Source: a virus
Length of the DNA: 64,000 nt
Virus record (IMG/VR): IMGVR_UViG_3300044613_003178
Direction: 5' to 3' (one strand)
Below are positions 1 through 7,988 of this stretch, one piece after another (within the stretch, counting starts at the first letter, position 1; each line of letters begins with the position of its first letter). The translations under genes and the position numbers were made by a program. Below the pieces are notes generated by a model, which worked only from the letters and a program-made list of their open reading frames with translations, was not told where the DNA came from and made no database searches.

Positions 1-160
1 CGGACGGAACTTGTTGCGATTCTTCATAGTGAAATCTCCAAAGTAACTGCTAGAGTCGCTCTAGCGGGCGTGGTGGTGGGTTAGTTCACCGAGACAACCC
101 ATTGGGAAAGGTTTGGGATGCGATTAGGCATCCGAAACCCAGCCGCCATCTAGGCGGGTA

Positions 161-454
161 TTAGGGCGTGGTTGAACCCGTCGAAGCCACCCTCGACTTC
201 TGACGCGGCGCACCTCGCGTATCGTTGGACACGGGCAGGGCGGCGATGTCGGAGGACAGTTCCGTGAAGGAATACTGCGCCCGACCAGCCTTGCGAGCAG
301 GGTCGCCCGTGACCCATACGGGGATCACGCTGTAACCGAGAGCGTCCTTGACCGTAAGCAGTTCCTTACGGGTGAGAACGGTCTTGTTCGGAAAGTGCTT
401 CTTGCACTCTGCAAGAAACTCCACTTGGTTCTTCGTGTACGATGTGTTCGACAT
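161..454 (-). CDS. small protein resembling the N-terminal domain of the AAA+ ATPase at 6134-7546
   Basis: Start MSNTSY after AAAGGA RBS; VLTRKE...PVWVTGD...RAQYSF aligns by eye with VLTRGE...PSWLFND...HGTYYI. Confidence 0.7.
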   Translation of the reverse strand: MSNTSYTKNQVEFLAECKKHFPNKTVLTRKELLTVKDALGYSVIPVWVTGDPARKAGRAQYSFTELSSDIAALPVSNDTRGAPRQKSRVASTGSTTP

Positions 455-498
455 ATGAGTGTCCTTTCTGTTTCTGTGGCTTTCATCACCACGACATA

Positions 499-526
499 AA
501 TATACCACGGTCCGGTAATAAGTCAA
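499..526 (-). promoter_or_regulatory. sigma70-type early promoter TTGACT-N16-TATATT (extended -10 TGn)
   Basis: Read directly on the minus strand upstream of ORF 161-454. Confidence 0.7.
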
Positions 527-559
527 GGGGTCTTTTCAAGATTACATAAGATTTTTTTG

Positions 560-1225
560 TTCACATATTGCCACATGGGTGAAAGTTGAAATATCGAACT
601 TCAAATATTCGGAAATCTCACATATGCTCGAATGCTCGGTATTCAAGCACATGGCGTAATATTTGAACTTTCAAATCGCCGGACTCACCTGGACCACAGG
701 ACCGGTTCTGGGTGGTCCTGGTTCTGGGGCATTCACCGCACGCAGGAATACAGGAATCTTCACATATGGTAGATTTCCCTGCACATGGTAGGCATATGGA
801 GGATTTCTTGGCATATGGTAGGCATATGGTGGATTTTTGAACTTTCGACTCGCCCACCTCTGAAAGTCGAGAAATAATATTCGATGGGATTAGATTTCAC
901 AGACCCCAATCGGCAGCGGAAACACAGGGGGTTTCAGAGGGGCGGTAGTAATATAGCGGTTATGAGGGGTAATATAAATCAGCAGGTTGCCAGCGCGGCA
1001 GTGCAGGGTATGGAATGGGGTGTTTTTTGAACTTCGCAGAGGACATCAGAGGGTATCTGCGTCCCTCGGAGTGCGTTTCGGATGGATCTGCGTGTCTCTA
1101 ATGCGCTCACAGGCGCGTCTGATGGGGGGCTGCGGAGACATGGATGCCGTCAAAGCATCACACAGCACCCCCATTTATTAGCATTATTTTAGTTTCCCAC
1201 AATCCCCCACAATCCCCCACTCCGT
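560..1225. repeat. non-coding spacer with short degenerate repeats (CATATGGTAG-like x5, GAACTT(T)C x4, CCCACAATC x2)
   Basis: Repeats visible at 761-836, 596/665/839/1029 and 1196-1220; no credible ORF. Confidence 0.6.
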
Positions 1226-1247
1226 GACCATTCGTGATCCCTCCGTA

Positions 1248-1487
1248 CTACGGTTGAATACCCTTCTTCATCTGGCAGTACGAGTAGTAGTATTCACGAA
1301 GATCCTCTGGCTTGACCAGCATGGGTACAGAACTCATGTTCATTCTACCCTCGGGCGTGACTTCAAGAAAGATATGACGCAGGGGTTCATCATTGGTCGT
1401 AATACCATTCCACCTACGATTCATTCCCTCCTCAAAGGTCATAATCATTGCTGCGAGATCGTCTACCATTATTTGAACTTGGCTCAT
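1248..1487 (-). CDS. hypothetical early protein (AI-T-E array family)
   Basis: RBS TAAGGA; motif AMIMTFEEG. Confidence 0.65.
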   Translation of the reverse strand: MSQVQIMVDDLAAMIMTFEEGMNRRWNGITTNDEPLRHIFLEVTPEGRMNMSSVPMLVKPEDLREYYYSYCQMKKGIQP

Positions 1488-1497
1488 ATGTGATTCC

Positions 1498-1776
1498 TTA
1501 TGGAAGAAAGCGAATCCCACTCTTGGGGTACATGGAAAGTGTGACTTTCAGAAAGTTCTTGATTTCCTTATGGGTGAGAACTTGATATACCGTTTTCTTG
1601 GGGTTCAGTCCGGTAGCAAAGACGAAGTAGGTCACGACACCGATACGGCTAGGATGTTCTCGGTTGAAGCATCCTCGGTATTCCAATCCGGTGGTGTCCT
1701 CCAGCGTGGTGATGATTGCTTCCTCGTTACGGGAGAGAGGGTAGTAGGGATCGAGTGTGGGTGGGTTTCGTGTCAT
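1498..1776 (-). CDS. hypothetical early protein (AI-T-E array family)
   Basis: ATGA overlap with upstream ORF; motif AIITTLEDTTGLEYRG...YFVF. Confidence 0.65.
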   Translation of the reverse strand: MTRNPPTLDPYYPLSRNEEAIITTLEDTTGLEYRGCFNREHPSRIGVVTYFVFATGLNPKKTVYQVLTHKEIKNFLKVTLSMYPKSGIRFLP

Positions 1777-2030
1777 GTGATGTAGTTCTGAAGAAGGTAG
1801 TCGAGCGGTTCGAGTCGGTGGTGTACCATCGACGGTCGGTGTCGTCCATTGTCCCGAAACACGAACATTCCCTTTCGTGCTTTCTTTCGTGCGTGATCCA
1901 CCCATGCGAAGTCGGGATCGTAGTGCAAGAAGGTGAGGTTTTCTGCTTCCTCCATGCTCGTGATGGCGTTGGCATACACCTGAACCATGGCATGAGAGTC
2001 AGGGTCGATGTAGATTGGTTTTTCTGTCAT
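1773..2030 (-). CDS. hypothetical early protein (AI-T-E array family)
   Basis: Coupled stop/start; motif AITSMEEAENLTF...MFVF. Confidence 0.65.
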   Translation of the reverse strand: MTEKPIYIDPDSHAMVQVYANAITSMEEAENLTFLHYDPDFAWVDHARKKARKGMFVFRDNGRHRPSMVHHRLEPLDYLLQNYIT

Positions 2031-2362
2031 TTTGGCAGTCCTTGCTGTCTCATTTCTTCAAGTGCGAGTTTGCTGATTCCCTTCTCATCGAAGGTGAGTT
2101 TCATCACCTTGCCGTGCAGGCTGGCGTAGAAGTGGTACATACGCTTGTTCAGGTCGGTGTCGTGCGTGTATCCGACATAGACGATCTCGTTGCCGTGACC
2201 GAACCCCTGCTGATTCTCGACCGTGGTGATGGCGTGACCGAGCATGGCAGCAGACAGCACCTTGTCGTCAGGGGGCAGGAACAGGACGGGTTTCAGGGAA
2301 TCAGATGTGACCACGGATACCTCGGCGCTTTGGGTAAATGATGAGTTGCTTTGCACTTTCAA
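2027..2362 (-). CDS. hypothetical early protein (AI-T-E array family); start uncertain
   Basis: Motif HAITTVENQQG...YVGY...MYHF. Confidence 0.6.
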   Translation of the reverse strand: MKVQSNSSFTQSAEVSVVTSDSLKPVLFLPPDDKVLSAAMLGHAITTVENQQGFGHGNEIVYVGYTHDTDLNKRMYHFYASLHGKVMKLTFDEKGISKLALEEMRQQGLPK

Positions 2363-2543
2363 GAATCTCCTGCTCGGTGAGACAGAACTGATCTATGGGG
2401 AGTCCGTTGCTACGGTCGAAGGTAGTGAAGATGGCGTTAGTCCTTCCATTACGCACTTCCCAACCGGAATGACGCACATGATCCAACTCCTCGATGGTCG
2501 TGATCGCGTTGTAGAGTTCCTGCTTTTCGATTGAGTGAATCAT
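2301..2543 (-). CDS. hypothetical early protein (AI-T-E array family)
   Basis: Motif NAITTIEELDHVRHSGW. Confidence 0.6.
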   Translation of the reverse strand: MIHSIEKQELYNAITTIEELDHVRHSGWEVRNGRTNAIFTTFDRSNGLPIDQFCLTEQEILESAKQLIIYPKRRGIRGHI

Positions 2544-2544
2544 G

Positions 2545-2844
2545 TCAAAGTCCTAGATTTCCCTTGCGAGCGTGGTCTGAATACGCGGCGAGCGTAGCAA
2601 CAGTCAGAAGCATCTCGTCGTTGTGGCGGTCGAAGCGAAAGCGAAAGTAGAACATTTCCTTCAATCCATTGACGGAGGGGCAGCGGTGGACACTCAACAG
2701 TTTGCAATGCCCACACTCCTCTAGCGTGGTAGCCATTTCCTGAACTTGGTCTACCGTCATCGTCATGCCCCACACTCCTGCGGTGGACTTTATGACCCAC
2801 TCCATGCTCTCAACGCTGATGGGATATTCACGATTTTCAGACAT
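2545..2844 (-). CDS. hypothetical early protein (AI-T-E array family)
   Basis: RBS GAGGAGG; motif EMATTLEECGHCK...MFYFRF. Confidence 0.65.
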   Translation of the reverse strand: MSENREYPISVESMEWVIKSTAGVWGMTMTVDQVQEMATTLEECGHCKLLSVHRCPSVNGLKEMFYFRFRFDRHNDEMLLTVATLAAYSDHARKGNLGL

Positions 2845-3034
2845 ACAGGGATGCCTCCTCTTTCAGTTTCTTTCGGCTCAACGCCATCGAATGCTCCACG
2901 CCGTCGATCATCACCGTGAACACCCACACGGGTTCGGTAATGCCAGACGAATGACAACTTTGAAAGCGGTAGCCTGCGTGTTTCAACGCGGCGATCTCCG
3001 CCAGCAGGCGCCAGTCGTTTTGGTCAATCTGCAT
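2837..3034 (-). CDS. hypothetical early protein (array family, divergent)
   Basis: Overlap-coupled; motif EIAALKHAGYRF...VWVF. Confidence 0.6.
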   Translation of the reverse strand: MQIDQNDWRLLAEIAALKHAGYRFQSCHSSGITEPVWVFTVMIDGVEHSMALSRKKLKEEASLYV

Positions 3035-3245
3035 ACAGGTCTGCCTCGTTCATCAGTCCTTGCTTCGTCAGGAAAGCAGTCATCGTGCTACCATTCGGTT
3101 CAGTAACCACGAAGATGTAGTGCCCCGATTGGTAGTCGTAACCGGAATACAGATATCCGTTGCGAATCAGTTTCGTGATACGCTTGGAACGGTCAGTATC
3201 GTGAAAGTTGTCAGCGGCGGAAGCGGGTGTCAATGGGCGTGTCAT
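3024..3245 (-). CDS. hypothetical early protein (array family, divergent)
   Basis: RBS AGAGGA; motif RITKLIRNGYLYSG...HYIF. Confidence 0.6.
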   Translation of the reverse strand: MTRPLTPASAADNFHDTDRSKRITKLIRNGYLYSGYDYQSGHYIFVVTEPNGSTMTAFLTKQGLMNEADLYAD

Positions 3246-3249
3246 TTTC

Positions 3250-3549
3250 TCAAGTCCTCTTGTAGCCACCAGCGTCAGCGTACTCAACCTGCGAGTCGAT
3301 GATCTGTGGCAGTCTGTCATGTCCCTGAACGGAATGCAATCGACATGATGCAGCGATTGCGTCTGCGAGGTTCAGCAGCACGATGGTTTTCAACGCCACC
3401 GTCCTCGTCTTGCTGCGATTCTGAAAGACATGGTAGACGATGGTTCTGCCCGGACGCTGAAGGACATGATCTTCACCGAGGTACTTGCATCCTGCGGTCT
3501 GCTCCATCGTGATGATGGCATGGTCGAGGTTGTGTGTGATGACTTTCAT
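3250..3549 (-). CDS. hypothetical early protein (AI-T-E array family)
   Basis: RBS GAGGA; motif HAIITMEQTAGCKYLG...YHVF. Confidence 0.65.
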   Translation of the reverse strand: MKVITHNLDHAIITMEQTAGCKYLGEDHVLQRPGRTIVYHVFQNRSKTRTVALKTIVLLNLADAIAASCRLHSVQGHDRLPQIIDSQVEYADAGGYKRT

Positions 3550-3830
3550 GTTCGGTTCCTCATTCGATTCTTGACTTCCCACGCGAAGGCAAGCAGTTCT
3601 TCCATCGTGATGTCCCAATACGGTCCAAGTGTCTCCGACTCACCCACGCGCCGCTTGAAGCGGTAGTAGGGTACATGGCTCATCAGCACCATGCCGGTGA
3701 ACTCCCTTTCGGTGAACACTTCAGCGGTGGTGATCGCGTCCTGCATCGTGGTTCGATTCTTCATCTTCCATTCACGGGTCATGGTGTCGAAGGACTGCTG
3801 ATGCGTTGCTTCAATGGAGCGAGATGTCAT
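3546..3830 (-). CDS. hypothetical early protein (AI-T-E array family); start uncertain
   Basis: Motif DAITTAEVFTEREFTG...YYRF. Confidence 0.6.
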   Translation of the reverse strand: MTSRSIEATHQQSFDTMTREWKMKNRTTMQDAITTAEVFTEREFTGMVLMSHVPYYRFKRRVGESETLGPYWDITMEELLAFAWEVKNRMRNRT

Positions 3831-3833
3831 GGT

Positions 3834-4172
3834 TCACCTGATGAAGAAGGGCGTGAGTGGAGTACGCTCGCTGCGACGATTGCTCGTCGGTCGCTTGTAG
3901 AGATTGGCTTCCGTGAGCAGTTCATCTGCCCGCATGAACACCCAATCGTCACCGTATGGGTCGCTGAAGCGGAAGATGATTTCGCCCGGATTCACTTTCT
4001 CGTTTCCGAAGTGAGTGTATCCGTTCGCTGCGTCTGCGAACACATATCCGTTCGCTTGGAGTGTCTTGACGGCGATGCACTCATGGTTCGGCAGGTTGTC
4101 CACCTCCGTGATGGCGTAGGTGGCATGACTCCGCTTGATGAGATTGCTTCGCTTGATGGTGACTTGACTCAT
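3834..4172 (-). CDS. hypothetical early protein (array family, divergent)
   Basis: ATGA coupling; motif AVKTLQANGYVF...IIFRF. Confidence 0.6.
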   Translation of the reverse strand: MSQVTIKRSNLIKRSHATYAITEVDNLPNHECIAVKTLQANGYVFADAANGYTHFGNEKVNPGEIIFRFSDPYGDDWVFMRADELLTEANLYKRPTSNRRSERTPLTPFFIR

Positions 4173-4369
4173 AGGTGAGAGTACCTTGTGAATGATTGCT
4201 TGACTGTCCTGCACTCGATCTTCGCTGCGCCGTCGAGTTGCATTCGGCGTTGTTTCGTGATGCTGCGACCGTATCCATACGGTTTGCAGACTTGCTGATG
4301 ACTACGGCGTACTGCTGCACCCTCGCGTTCTGCTTCCAAGTCGAGGGCATCTAGTTGACGCTTCGGCAT
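4169..4369 (-). CDS. hypothetical basic protein
   Basis: Tightly packed in operon, RBS GAGAGG. Confidence 0.55.
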   Translation of the reverse strand: MPKRQLDALDLEAEREGAAVRRSHQQVCKPYGYGRSITKQRRMQLDGAAKIECRTVKQSFTRYSHL

Positions 4370-4624
4370 TCAACGCCTCCTCTCGTTGATCGCTTGGGCA
4401 CGCCGCAGGTTCTCACGGTCGTCGGGGTTGACCATGACGATCTCGGGGGCAGTCTTGTGCCCCCAATCCATAAACCCGACATACGCCTTCGCGTCGCTGC
4501 ACTTGACGCAAGTAGTGGTATGCGGAAGGGCATCACGACGAGCAGGTGCAATCTGGCACCCACACTTGGCGCACGGGTCGGTCACGATGGAAATGCGAGA
4601 AGTTGTGGTTTTCATGCTTTTCAT
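4370..4624 (-). CDS. TraR/DksA C4-type zinc finger protein
   Basis: CAKCGCQIAPARRDALPHTTTCVKC matches the C-x2-C-G-x2-I-x3-R-x2-A-x-P-x4-C-x2-C DksA/TraR pattern. Confidence 0.75.
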   Translation of the reverse strand: MKSMKTTTSRISIVTDPCAKCGCQIAPARRDALPHTTTCVKCSDAKAYVGFMDWGHKTAPEIVMVNPDDRENLRRAQAINERRR

Positions 4625-4628
4625 TTTA

Positions 4629-4955
4629 TCACTTTCCGGTTTCATTTGCAAGCGAGCGGTTGTCAGCGGCGACACGGGGGGTTTGCGGCAGGTAGACGGT
4701 CGCTTCCCTCGTCGGTGGAAGGTAGATGGTCGCTTCCTGAAGCATTGCACCCACGGTGAGGTGCATCATCTCTACGAGCAACGCACCTACTTCGGGAGGA
4801 ATGTTCGGATTACGAGGAGGACGAAACGAGAAAACGGTACTACCCTCTTGCGTGGTAGCACCGTGGTACTCGTAACCTGCTGCCGTCAGCAGGTCAATCG
4901 CCTCTGCAATGCCGAGGTCGGATGGTACAGGTTGGAGACTCACTTCTGCTCCCAC
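4629..4955 (-). CDS. hypothetical early protein (array family, divergent) with duplicated EATxYLP C-terminal repeat
   Basis: Motif EAIDLLTAAGYEYHG...VFSF; near-perfect DNA direct repeat GGTAGAYGGTCGCTTCC x2 at about 4691-4737. Confidence 0.55.
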   Translation of the reverse strand: MGAEVSLQPVPSDLGIAEAIDLLTAAGYEYHGATTQEGSTVFSFRPPRNPNIPPEVGALLVEMMHLTVGAMLQEATIYLPPTREATVYLPQTPRVAADNRSLANETGK

Positions 4956-5371
4956 TCCTCGCCGTCCTGCTCATCCATCTTGCGGAGTTCGCCTTCGATC
5001 TGATCCAACAGATTCTTCAGGTGCGCCTCCAGCGTTTCGATCTCACGCTCATTGTCTGTCAAGCCACGAGTCACGACAGTCTCCGCTTCTTCGATGGACT
5101 TGGACAACTGCACCGCCTTGTAGGTGTCCACGATGCTCTTGTCGTGCCTGGTCATCTGAATGCCAGCAGCAGCGAGTCGAGTGCCGAGGAAGGTGTTGGT
5201 GCTTTGGGCGATTACCAGTTTCGTCTTGAGCAGGTCAGTCGCCATACGCATACGGTTCACGCTTGCGGAGAGTGCCATGATCGTCTTGGAGTGGACGATA
5301 TTCATGCTGTCTCCGGTCGCGTCCTTGTAGGCGTGGAAGTCGAAGTTCTCGTTGGTCGGGTCGGTGTTCAT
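4940..5371 (-). CDS. coiled-coil hypothetical protein
   Basis: RBS AAAGGA; heptad-rich acidic C-terminus. Confidence 0.6.
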   Translation of the reverse strand: MNTDPTNENFDFHAYKDATGDSMNIVHSKTIMALSASVNRMRMATDLLKTKLVIAQSTNTFLGTRLAAAGIQMTRHDKSIVDTYKAVQLSKSIEEAETVVTRGLTDNEREIETLEAHLKNLLDQIEGELRKMDEQDGEEWEQK

Positions 5372-5385
5372 GTTCAAGTTTCCTT

Positions 5386-5484
5386 TCAGTCGAGGTTGGA
5401 GAGAATGTTGTACGCGAGTGTCGAGATGGCGGCGGTGAGTCCCGCGCCGAGGAAGATGCCGGTTGCGAACAGGAACGGTTCCAT
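5386..5484 (-). CDS. 32-aa single-TM micropeptide (MEPFLFATGIFLGAGLTAAISTLAYNILSNLD)
   Basis: Hand-translated; fills the gap with TGATG coupling; hydrophobic. Confidence 0.5.
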   Translation of the reverse strand: MEPFLFATGIFLGAGLTAAISTLAYNILSNLD

Positions 5485-5942
5485 CAGGAGTTCCTCCGCT
5501 TGGCGATGCGGTCGCAGGTGCGGCGATACGCCCGCGTGTCTGCGAGATTCGTTTCATCCATCCACTCCTCTGCGTCGAGGGTGACGGACATCTTCACGAT
5601 CTTCCATTCCGAGGTGTTCGTGAAGGTGTCCATGATGGCATCCATCTCATCGAAGTAACCCTTGAAGTGCAGGTCACGAACGCCCGTGGTCAGGGCGGTG
5701 CCAGCACCGACGAGCATCGACTGAATCTCACGACGCTTGATGCCGTGGTAGTCCTCCATCGAAGCGATGAACTCCTCCGGTGCGTGGATGTCATCGAAGG
5801 AAGTCAACTGCACTTCGATGTAGAGATTGTAGAGCGGCTTCGGGAACTCCATGCCATCGTAGATGCGCCAGTTGTTCTTGCGGATCGAAGCGATGCTATC
5901 AGTCTTGCGAGTGGTCTTGCGATTCTTGGTCTTGGTCGTCAT
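5484..5942 (-). CDS. hypothetical protein
   Basis: RBS AAAGGA; high-GC codon pattern. Confidence 0.6.
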   Translation of the reverse strand: MTTKTKNRKTTRKTDSIASIRKNNWRIYDGMEFPKPLYNLYIEVQLTSFDDIHAPEEFIASMEDYHGIKRREIQSMLVGAGTALTTGVRDLHFKGYFDEMDAIMDTFTNTSEWKIVKMSVTLDAEEWMDETNLADTRAYRRTCDRIAKRRNS

Positions 5943-5997
5943 AGTGAAGTTTCCTTTCGAGGAAGTGAAGTTGAAAGTTGTCAGCGGCAACACAGGG

Positions 5998-6132
5998 TCA
6001 GATGAAGCGACGATTGCGGTCATCGTCTGCAAGCAGTTCAGCGGCATCTTCGGTGATGTCGCCAGTCTCGGGGTCGAACAGGTCATCATCATCAAGAATG
6101 TCCACCATGTCGAATGGGTGCGGGTTCGTCAT
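5998..6132 (-). CDS. 44-aa strongly acidic micropeptide (MTNPHPFDMVDILDDDDLFDPETGDITEDAAELLADDDRNRRFI)
   Basis: Hand-translated; strong RBS AAGGAGGT; starts directly after the AAA+ stop. Confidence 0.6.
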   Translation of the reverse strand: MTNPHPFDMVDILDDDDLFDPETGDITEDAAELLADDDRNRRFI

Positions 6133-6133
6133 A

Positions 6134-7546
6134 TTACGCCACCTCCTTGCTGAAGCCAGCAGCGGTGTTCACTTCCGGCTGGTACTTGCTGAAGTCCGAC
6201 TGCTTCGCAGCGTAGGTCTTGTGATCGACCCACCACACCTTGGCGTTGGGATCCCATTGAGCGCCGAGGGTCTTGACCTCGTAACGCTGTGCGAAACCTG
6301 CACCCTTCAGGTCGATGCGAGCAGCGTTCGTCAGATCGAGCACCTTCGTGTCCGTCACAACGGCAGCGTCCTCGGGCGACGCAGCAGGAGCAGACACCTC
6401 CGCGTCCACCTTCGCGTAGAGCGAGCGGAACGAATCCGCAGTCTCACGCGAGAAGCGAGCGGTGCAATGCGTGACCGCCTTCATGCGATCACCGAAGATG
6501 CCGAAGTCCTCCACGATGTGTTCCAAGCGGCGAGTCGTGATGATGTCATCACACGCACCATCGAAGAAACTCTTGCGAATGATCTCCGCCCACTTGACGA
6601 GGTTCTCTGCGAACACTTCGTCACGGCAGTTCGCCTTGTCCATCAGACCGAGCACGATCTTCTTCTCGACCGCCTTGGTCGGATACTCCTGCTCAATCGT
6701 GATGCGGAAGCGTTCGAGGAACGCCTCGTTCAGGATGTTGGTGCCGGTGAACTTCTCGCTACCTTCACCGCCCTGACCCTTCGTGTTGCCAGTGGCGACA
6801 ACGGTGAAGCCAGCAGCACCCACGACATAGCGGTTCATCTTCTTCAGGAACACTCGACCATGCTCCAGCACAGACTGAAGGCAGTTGATCTTGCGAGGAT
6901 CACCATAGTCGAGTTCGTCAAGCAGCAGCACCGCACCACGCTGCATTGCGACCACGACAGGTCCATCCTGCCACACGCTCTCACCATTCACAAGGCGGAA
7001 ACCACCGAGCAGGTCATCCTCGTCGGTGAAGTTCGTGAAGTTCACACGCACCACCTCACGGTTCAGACCGTTGCACACCTGCTCAACCATCGTGGTCTTG
7101 CCGTTGCCCGACAGACCCGTGACGAAGATGGGGAAGAACTTGCCCGACGCGATGATCTTCTTGACATCGTTGAAGTGACCGTAGGGAACATAGGTGGACA
7201 CACGAGCAGGAATCATCGACCCGTCCGCAATGTCATTCTGCACAGTCGCCACGCCACGAGCGAAAGCAGCGACAGTAGCAGACGCAGACATGGGCGCATC
7301 AGCAGTCGCCACGACAGTCGCATCGACCGACGCAGGAACCGACACCTGCTGCTTCGCAGCGAGCGTGGGGATGTAGTAGGTGCCGTGCGACTGGCGGTAC
7401 TTCGCGTCGTTGAACAGCCACGACGGCGACGGCAACTTCGCCTTCGCAGCGATCATCTTCGCCTCGCCACGGGTCAGCACGGGACCCTTGTTCATCTTGC
7501 GAGCGGTGTCGATGAACTTCTCAATCTTCTCAATCATGCTAGCCAT
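6134..7546 (-). CDS. MoxR/CobS-like AAA+ ATPase with N-terminal extra domain and C-terminal DUF5710-like domain
   Basis: Walker A GLSGNGKT, Walker B LLLDE, ATGNTKG, NEAFLERF, ITTRRL typical of T4-like phage CobS family; C-terminal EVKTLGAQWDPNAKVWWV; RBS GGAGA. Confidence 0.9.
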   Translation of the reverse strand: MASMIEKIEKFIDTARKMNKGPVLTRGEAKMIAAKAKLPSPSWLFNDAKYRQSHGTYYIPTLAAKQQVSVPASVDATVVATADAPMSASATVAAFARGVATVQNDIADGSMIPARVSTYVPYGHFNDVKKIIASGKFFPIFVTGLSGNGKTTMVEQVCNGLNREVVRVNFTNFTDEDDLLGGFRLVNGESVWQDGPVVVAMQRGAVLLLDELDYGDPRKINCLQSVLEHGRVFLKKMNRYVVGAAGFTVVATGNTKGQGGEGSEKFTGTNILNEAFLERFRITIEQEYPTKAVEKKIVLGLMDKANCRDEVFAENLVKWAEIIRKSFFDGACDDIITTRRLEHIVEDFGIFGDRMKAVTHCTARFSRETADSFRSLYAKVDAEVSAPAASPEDAAVVTDTKVLDLTNAARIDLKGAGFAQRYEVKTLGAQWDPNAKVWWVDHKTYAAKQSDFSKYQPEVNTAAGFSKEVA

Positions 7547-7628
7547 TCGAGTGAGTCTCCTAAAGAGTTGTGTTTCACGCACCGGCAACGCTGCCGAATG
7601 CGTGGGCAGACTGTCTCTGCACCCCTCA

Positions 7629-7657
7629 AATATACGCGAAATGCGGGAATCTGGCAA
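7629..7657 (-). promoter_or_regulatory. early promoter TTGCCA-N17-TATATT driving the AAA+ operon
   Basis: Read on the minus strand. Confidence 0.6.
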
Positions 7658-7697
7658 GTCTAGCGGCGCGGGAAAGTAGCGGAAATCCAACATTCTG

Positions 7698-7918
7698 TTA
7701 TCGGACTCTTTATTATCAGACGCAGGTTGCCAGCGAGTTATCGGACTTTATGGGTGGGCGGCTGGATGAATAATCCAAACGATATGCACCGATCCCCATG
7801 CCCGTGCATAATGCGTGAATAATCCAAGACAAATGGGGTCCGTCCTATAACTAGACCTACCAGGCTACATTATCGGACGCGGCTGCCAGCGGATTATCGG
7901 ACTCTGTTATTATGGGAC
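7698..7918. repeat. TTATCGGAC (x6 with variants) and GYTGCCAGCG repeats in the divergent spacer
   Basis: Copies at 7698, 7713, 7738, 7870, 7894, 7910. Confidence 0.75.
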
Positions 7919-7953
7919 TGTCAAGAATCCTGCGGATTCCCGCCGCTCGGCGC

Positions 7954-7982
7954 TTGCACGAAATGCGAGCATATGCTAGAAT
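7954..7982 (+). promoter_or_regulatory. early promoter TTGCAC-N17-TAGAAT, 6 nt before ATG (leaderless)
   Basis: Read directly; ATG at 7989. Confidence 0.65.
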
Positions 7983-7988
7983 ATCTGC

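Noticed and set aside
49-157. tRNA gene
   Set aside because: Hairpins lack a closing acceptor stem and T-loop consensus; no tRNA recognised anywhere by eye
1570-6153. Many + strand ORFs over the early operon
   Set aside because: Mirror frames of coupled minus-strand genes that have RBSs
5978-7663. 561-aa + strand ORF
   Set aside because: Antisense shadow of the GC3-rich AAA+ gene; no motifs
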